Assembly (NCBI RefSeq): GCF_013004595.1
Contig: NZ_JABEMC010000002.1
Coordinates: forward strand, 124,001-188,000
Length of the DNA: 64,000 bases
Origin: Brevibacterium luteolum
Lineage (GTDB): Bacteria > Actinomycetota > Actinomycetes > Actinomycetales > Brevibacteriaceae
Direction of reading: 5' to 3'
A model generated the notes under the pieces. That model worked only from the letters and a program-made list of their open reading frames with translations. It ran no database searches and was not told the origin of the DNA. Shown one piece after another: positions 58,420-64,000 of this stretch. Made by a program: the position numbers and the translations under genes. Numbering within the stretch: position 1 is the stretch's first letter; each line of letters begins with the position of its first letter.

Positions 58420-60105
58420 ATGGAACCGACGGTCGTCTACCCTGCCTGCATTGTCCGCACGATGGATCCCGCTCGGCCCACTGCGGAGGCGATCGCCGTG
58501 CGCGGCGACCGGATCCGGGCAGTGGGCACGGTCGAGGAGCTGCTGACCTACCCGAACGCGGTCATCGACGACCGCTACGCCGAGGCGGTGCTGCTGCCCG
58601 GCTTCGTCGAGGCCCATTCTCATGCCGGCTCGGGCAATGTGTGGGCCTCGACGTACGTGGGTCTCGTCGACCGGATCGACCCCGATGGCCGCCGGTGGCC
58701 CGGTTGCCGCAGCATCGAGGCGGTGCTCGAGCGGCTGCGCGAGGCCGAGGCGGAGCTGACCGGCCCGGAAGAGCCGCTGCTGGCCTGGGGCCTCGACCCG
58801 ATCTACTTCACCGGCGACCGGCTCGTCGCCGCCCACCTCGACCGCGTCTCGACGACCCGGCCGATCCACGTCACCCACACCAGCGGGCACGTCTCGACGG
58901 TCAACTCCGCTGCCATGGCCCGCTGCGGCATCGACGCCTCGACCGAGGTCACCGGCGTCGTCAAGGACGAAGACGGCAACCCGAACGGCGAGCTGCAGGA
59001 GTTCGCCGCGATGGCACTCGCAGGTGAGCTGACCGAAGGCGCCGGGCTGCTGAACATCGATGCGGCCGCCCTGCACAGATTCAGCCAGGAGGGCATCAAC
59101 ACCGGCACCACGACGCTGACCGACCTCGGCACCACGATCCTCATGGAAGACGAAGGTGTTGAGCTCTTCCGCTCGACTGTCGGCGACGACTTCCCGGCCC
59201 GCATCAACGTCTTCCACTTCGGTGCAGGCGTCGGCGAGGTCGCCCTGTCCCTGCCCGAGGCCGCCGAAAGGCTTATCGAGCTGCGGGCGACCTCGACCGA
59301 CCGGCTGCGCTTCGGCAACGTCAAGCTCATGCTCGACGGTTCGATCCAGGGCTTCACCGCCCGGATGATGGAGCCGGGCTACTTCGGCGACGAGCCCAAC
59401 GGCATCTGGGGCGTCGCCCCGGAGGAGTTCATCGAGGCCTTCCGCATCTTCCACGAAGCCGGCCTGCTCATCCATGTCCACTGCAACGGCGACCAGACCA
59501 CGCAGCTGTTCCTCGACGCCCTCGAAGCCGCGCTCATCGCCCACCCGCGTCCGGATCATAGGCACACGTGCACGCACTCGCAGCTGACGACGCAGGCGCA
59601 GTACAAGCGGATGAAGGCCCTGGGTGCCGGGGCGAACATCTTCGCCAACCACATCTGGGCGTGGGGCGACCAGCACATGGATATCACCGTCGGGCCCGAC
59701 CGGGCTGCGCGGATGAACGCGGCGGCGACCGCACTGCGGATCGGGGTGCCGATCACCCTGCATTCGGACACCCCGGTCACCCCGCTCGGGCCGCTGCAGA
59801 CGGTCAAGCACGCTGTCACCCGGCTGACGGTCTCCGGGCGGGTGATGGGCGAGTACGAGCGCATCAGCCTCGATGACGCGCTCGAGGCCGTCACGCTCGG
59901 GGCGGCGTACCTGCTGAAGATGGATCATGAGGTTGGTTCGCTCGAGGCCGGCAAGTTCGCCGATGTCGCCGTTCTCGACGCCGACCCCTATGAGGTCGCG
60001 CCCGAGGCGGTCGGCGAGATCCATGTCCGCGGCACCATGGTCGGCGGGCAGCACTACGCCTCTGTCGTCGAGCCAGCCGGCACCTCGGGAGCGGATGGCC
60101 AGTGA
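58420..60105 (+). CDS. Metal-dependent amidohydrolase (YtcJ-like), putative N-acetyltaurine amidohydrolase (NaaS-like)
   Basis: PGFVEAHSH, SGHVSTVNS, KLMLDGSIQGFTA, HVHCNGD, HSDTPV, GSLEAGKFAD; 561 aa. Substrate inferred from synteny and operator. Confidence 0.82.
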   Translation: MEPTVVYPACIVRTMDPARPTAEAIAVRGDRIRAVGTVEELLTYPNAVIDDRYAEAVLLPGFVEAHSHAGSGNVWASTYVGLVDRIDPDGRRWPGCRSIEAVLERLREAEAELTGPEEPLLAWGLDPIYFTGDRLVAAHLDRVSTTRPIHVTHTSGHVSTVNSAAMARCGIDASTEVTGVVKDEDGNPNGELQEFAAMALAGELTEGAGLLNIDAAALHRFSQEGINTGTTTLTDLGTTILMEDEGVELFRSTVGDDFPARINVFHFGAGVGEVALSLPEAAERLIELRATSTDRLRFGNVKLMLDGSIQGFTARMMEPGYFGDEPNGIWGVAPEEFIEAFRIFHEAGLLIHVHCNGDQTTQLFLDALEAALIAHPRPDHRHTCTHSQLTTQAQYKRMKALGAGANIFANHIWAWGDQHMDITVGPDRAARMNAAATALRIGVPITLHSDTPVTPLGPLQTVKHAVTRLTVSGRVMGEYERISLDDALEAVTLGAAYLLKMDHEVGSLEAGKFADVAVLDADPYEVAPEAVGEIHVRGTMVGGQHYASVVEPAGTSGADGQ

Positions 60106-61148
60106 CCGCACCTGCGGCAGGCCGTCCGGCGACCAGCCCGGCGAGTGATCCTCGTTCCGGTGCCGGCCGTTCCGCTGCGCGGCTAGGGATCATCGGCGGC
60201 TACCTGGGCGCCGGGAAGTCGACGCTGGTCAACCGCCTGCTGGCCGGGATCCTGCCTGGACGCACCGCGGTCGTCGTCAACGATTTCGGGGCCGTTAACA
60301 TCGACGCTGCACTCATCGCCGCAGCCAGTGACGACACCATCGAGCTGACGAACGGCTGCATCTGCTGCCAGATCAGCGACGACGCGCTGCGCACCATGAG
60401 CGCACTGGCCGCCCGGGATGACCTCGACCACGTGCTGTGCGAGGTCAGCGGGGTCGGCGATCCCGGTCAGCTGGCCGGCTGGCGCAGCTATCCCGGCTTC
60501 ACAGCAGGCCCCGTGCTCGTGTGCGCCGATGCAACCGCGATCGTGCGCCAGCTGGGTGACGTCTATGTCGGCGATGCCGTCGCAGGCCAGCTCGCCGCCG
60601 CCGAGGTGGTGCTCGTGACGAAGACGGACCTCGCCTCCCCCGCTCAGGTCGACGCGGCGGTTGCCGCCTGCCGTCGGGCCGCCGGGCAGGCCGTCATCGT
60701 CGTCCAGGATCCAGATGATCCCGATGCCACCGCCGCCGAGGCGCTGCGCACCCCCGTGCCGCAGGCAGCTGAGGCGAGCGCCCCGGACACGGCTGGGGGA
60801 TCCGCACCGGGAGCGAGCGCACCCCACCGGCGAGTCCATGACGCCGCGGCGTCGAGTCATGCGGCTGCGCACGCCACGGCCACCGTCGACATCACCGGCC
60901 CTGTCGACGTCGAGGCGCTCACCGGCGTGCTCGATACCCTCGCCGGCACCCTCGTGCGCGCGAAGGGGATCGTGCCCACCGCCTCGGGAACGGCGCACTC
61001 CGTGCAGCTCTCCGGGCGCCGCATCGACGTGCGCCCCACCGACCGGCCGGCCACCGGAGGCTTCGTGCTCATCGCCGCCGGGTCCGACCCCCAGGCCGCC
61101 ATCGACGCGGCGGCCGCCGCGCTCGCACCTGTGCTTACCGGTGACTGA
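60102..61148 (+). CDS. COG0523/CobW-family G3E GTPase metallochaperone (NaaT-like)
   Basis: GYLGAGKST, VNDFG, ELTNGCICC, EVSG, TKTDL, RAKG; start overlaps the amidohydrolase stop. Confidence 0.9.
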   Translation: MTAPAAGRPATSPASDPRSGAGRSAARLGIIGGYLGAGKSTLVNRLLAGILPGRTAVVVNDFGAVNIDAALIAAASDDTIELTNGCICCQISDDALRTMSALAARDDLDHVLCEVSGVGDPGQLAGWRSYPGFTAGPVLVCADATAIVRQLGDVYVGDAVAGQLAAAEVVLVTKTDLASPAQVDAAVAACRRAAGQAVIVVQDPDDPDATAAEALRTPVPQAAEASAPDTAGGSAPGASAPHRRVHDAAASSHAAAHATATVDITGPVDVEALTGVLDTLAGTLVRAKGIVPTASGTAHSVQLSGRRIDVRPTDRPATGGFVLIAAGSDPQAAIDAAAAALAPVLTGD

Positions 61149-61170
61149 GCGCACCGACTCCAGCGCAGTG

Positions 61171-61212
61171 CTGGACCCATCGGGAGTGACGGAACTGGTC
61201 CTAGCCACCAGC
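61171..61212 (+). promoter_or_regulatory. TauR-like (MocR) operator upstream of the symporter
   Basis: CTGGACCCATC-N13-CTGGTCCTAGCCACCAGC. Confidence 0.72.
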
Positions 61213-61292
61213 AACGATCGCCGGAATGGTGAGGGAGTACGCACTCATCAATGATGATGGAATTCATCAACGGGGATGGAGAATCTGCGCCC

Positions 61293-62885
61293 ATGAACTG
61301 GTATCTCGTATGGATCATCGGCTTCCTTCTGCTGCTGCTCGTCATCAGCGTCGTGGCCACGACCCGCGTCAAGAGCGCTGACGGCTATGTCATGGCCGAC
61401 TTCAGACTCGGGTTCTTCCCCATCTGCGGTTCGGTCATCGCCACCGTCACCGGTTCGGCCGCCCTCATCGGCGGTGCGGGCAAGGGCTTCGAGATGGGAC
61501 TGTCGTACAACATCACCGGTGTGGCCTACGCCAGCTTCACCATCGCCGCTGTGCTGCTGCTCGGCCCGGTCATCCGCCGGCTGCGGCTCTACACCGTGCC
61601 TGAGCTCTTCGCCCGCCGCTTCGGCAAAGTCGCAGCCCTCATCCCCGCCCTTATCGTCGGGCTGCTGTACATGACCCCGACGTTCGGCATGCAGCTGGTG
61701 GGCATGGGCGCGATCCTCGCCTCGATCACCGACCTCACCGTGTTCTGGGGCATCCTCGCTGGCTTCGTCGTCACCTTGGCATTCACCCTCGTCGGCGGGA
61801 TGCCGAGTGTCGCCTGGACGGATGCGATCCAGACCTTCGTCATCCTCGCCGGTGTCATCATCACGCTCATCATGGGCATCAACTATGTCGGCGGAATCGG
61901 CACGATCATCGAAAACACCCCGGCCGATCACTTCTCCTTCACCTCAATCGGCGGCATCGAGCTGCTCAACTGGTTCCTCATCTTCGGCCCGTTCTACATC
62001 GTCTGGCAGACGACCTGGCAGCGGCTCACCGCGGCCAAGAGCGACCGGGTCGGCATCTGGGCGGTCGTCATCGGCTTTGCCGTCTCCGTACTCATCGGCG
62101 CAGCAGCGATCATCATCGGCATCGCCGCACTGCAGATGTTCCCCGCAGACACCATGCCCGATGTCATCTACACCTCGTTCATCGCCGAGATCTTCCACGG
62201 CTCGATCGGCGGGCTGCTGATGGTCTCGCTGCTGGCCGCACTGCTGACCGGAGCGACGTCGTTCCTGCTCTCGGGTGCGATCAACATCTCCAAGGACATC
62301 TACCAGGGCTGGGTCAACCCGCGCGCCACCGACGACCAGATCCTCACCGTGTCCCGAATCTCGGTCGCGGCGATGGCGGTCATCGGGCTGGGGATCGCCC
62401 TGGTCATCAAGGACATCATCGCGATCTACCAGGTGGCTCTGTCCTTCACCGCGACCACGCTCGTCATGCCGGTACTGGCGGCGATGTTCTGGAAGCGGGC
62501 GACGAAGCGCGGGGTCGTGTGGTCGATGATCGCTGCGATGGCCGTCTCGCTCGTGTGGCGCTTCTCCGGCCAGCCTTTCGGCATCCACGAGATCCTGCCC
62601 GGTCTCATCACCTCGGCGATCGTGCTCATCGCGGTGAGCCTGGCGACTCGCCACTCCGATGACGAGGTCGTCGTCGCCTACTACCACGCCTACCGGGCCG
62701 GTGAGCTGCGCACGCACGGTGTCGATGAGGAGCCGGCTGCGCCTGGGGACGTCCCCGCGGGGACGTCGACGGCAGCAGGTCAGGCCACCGCGCCCGAGGC
62801 GGAGGTCGCCGCTGGCACGCAACCGGCACGGACGGCTGAGGCTGCGTCACCCGGCGTTGAGCAGCAGCGGCCGCAGGCGGAGTGA
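61293..62885 (+). CDS. Sodium:solute symporter (SSS family, NaaP-like)
   Basis: YTVPELFARRFG, GGMPSVAWTDAIQ, WQRLTAAKS, KDIY, ~13 TM. Confidence 0.9.
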   Translation: MNWYLVWIIGFLLLLLVISVVATTRVKSADGYVMADFRLGFFPICGSVIATVTGSAALIGGAGKGFEMGLSYNITGVAYASFTIAAVLLLGPVIRRLRLYTVPELFARRFGKVAALIPALIVGLLYMTPTFGMQLVGMGAILASITDLTVFWGILAGFVVTLAFTLVGGMPSVAWTDAIQTFVILAGVIITLIMGINYVGGIGTIIENTPADHFSFTSIGGIELLNWFLIFGPFYIVWQTTWQRLTAAKSDRVGIWAVVIGFAVSVLIGAAAIIIGIAALQMFPADTMPDVIYTSFIAEIFHGSIGGLLMVSLLAALLTGATSFLLSGAINISKDIYQGWVNPRATDDQILTVSRISVAAMAVIGLGIALVIKDIIAIYQVALSFTATTLVMPVLAAMFWKRATKRGVVWSMIAAMAVSLVWRFSGQPFGIHEILPGLITSAIVLIAVSLATRHSDDEVVVAYYHAYRAGELRTHGVDEEPAAPGDVPAGTSTAAGQATAPEAEVAAGTQPARTAEAASPGVEQQRPQAE

Positions 62886-62905
62886 CCTCAATCCGGTTCG
62901 GTGCG

Positions 62906-63514
62906 TCAGGACTCGAGCACGGCAGCGGTGCTGGCAGCCGGTGAGAGGTCGAGACGGCGCAGCAGCTGCGCGTTGAGCGCCACCACGACTGTGGAGGCGG
63001 ACATGAGAATCGCGCCGATGCTCATCGGCAGCACGAAGCCGACCGGTGCCAGCACGCCGGCGGCAAGTGGAACCGAGATGAGGTTGTAGCCGGCAGCCCA
63101 CCACAGGTTCTGCTTCATCTTCCGATACGTCGCACGCGAGAGCTCGAAGACCGAGAGCACCGAACGCGGATCTGACGAGGCGAGGATGACACCAGCGGAG
63201 CCGATCGCCACATCAGTGCCCGCTCCGATCGCGATACCGACATCCGCCTGGGCGAGCGCGGGAGCATCGTTGACGCCGTCGCCGACCATCGCCACGCGCC
63301 TGCCCTCACGCTGAAGCTCCTCAACCTTGGCGGCCTTGTCCTCGGGCCTGACGCCGGCGAACACCCGGTCGATGCCGAGCTGCCCTGCGACGGAGCCGGC
63401 GACTGCCTGCGCGTCACCGGTGATCATCACGACCTGCACCCCGGCTGCATGCAGGGCAGCGACGGCATCGTGCGATTCCGCGCGGATCTCATCGGCCAGC
63501 CGCAGCGCACCGAT
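62906..63514 (-). pseudogene. 3' remnant of a heavy-metal (probably Cu) P1B-type ATPase
   Basis: MITGD, GDGVNDAPALAQAD, YNLISVPLAAG and MSAS are present. DKTGT and the N-terminal part are absent, replaced by IS sequence. Confidence 0.88.
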
Positions 63515-63516
63515 GT

Positions 63517-63634
63517 CGGCGCCGTCGGCAAGCCCGGTTGGGCCGATTGACACCTGTCGAGTACGAAGCAATTACTGACTCACCTGCAGCCGCAGCGTGA
63601 CACCCTGATTGTCACCTCCCCTTGCATCAGTCCC
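63517..63634 (+). mobile_element. Right-end remnant of an IS3-family element
   Basis: Reads RRRRQARLGRLTPVEYEAITDSPAAAA* (OrfB C-terminus pattern), followed by an IR-like end TGTCACCTCCCCTTGCATCAGTCCC. Confidence 0.72.
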
Positions 63635-64000
63635 AACGCAAGATCTTCTTCACCCGGGGACGGCCGTATACGAAGAACGACCAGGCCACGATCGAGTCGA
63701 AGAACAACCATCTCGTGCGTCGGTACGGGTTCTACTACCGCTACGACACCCCGGCTGAACTCGAGTTGCTGCAACGCCTGTGGCCGCTGGTCAATGATCG
63801 GTTGAACTACTTCACTCCGACGAAGAAACCGACCGGGTACTCCACCGACCGTGCGGGAAGGCGCAAACGCGTCTATGACGCCCCGAAGACCCCGTACCAG
63901 CGACTGCTCGATTCCGGCATTCTCAGCGTCGAGCAGAAGGCCGAGCTTCAGCAGTATCGGGCACGCCTGGACTTGGTCGACCTCGCCGAGAAAATCGACC
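63635..64000 (+). mobile_element. 5'-truncated DDE integrase-type transposase (ISNCY/IS481-like); runs off the window
   Basis: RKIFFTRGRPYTKNDQATIESKNNHLVRRYGFYYRYDT...YDAPKTPYQRLL, with no start codon. Confidence 0.78.

Noticed and set aside
1..64000. tRNA, rRNA, prophage or anti-phage defence genes
   Set aside because: None recognisable by eye

Overview
High-GC actinobacterial chromosome segment, most likely Micrococcales/Brevibacterium-like; this is inferred from gene content and codon style. Left third: a peptide/nickel-type ABC importer with an XRE-TetR regulator, a DtxR-controlled siderophore ABC importer, acyl-CoA genes (CoA-transferase, thiolase, etfBA), stress/membrane genes and cls. 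The core (27.4-62.9 kb) is a catabolic supercluster. It holds a taurine desulfonation set (pta, APC permease, tpa, ald, TauR-like MocR regulator, xsc, IclR, and a CobS/CobT-like AAA+/VWA pair with no cobN), a urate-to-glycerate/malate cluster (UGlyAH, CitE-like lyase, malic enzyme, AllR-like IclR, uricase, uraH, uraD, glxK, bcp, allB, gcl, glxR, hyi, NCS2 permease), and an amidohydrolase + COG0523 GTPase + Na+/solute symporter trio matching the naaS/naaT/naaP N-acetyltaurine module. One MocR-type operator (two direct repeats 24 bp apart) lies upstream of five taurine-related genes and ties that trio to the taurine regulon. An 11-mer (ACCGCCTCGGG) is strongly over-represented on both strands. 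The right end is a mobile-element scar: a truncated P1B ATPase, an IS3 end and an integrase-type transposase fragment. All calls come from reading sequence and motifs by eye; no database searches were run.
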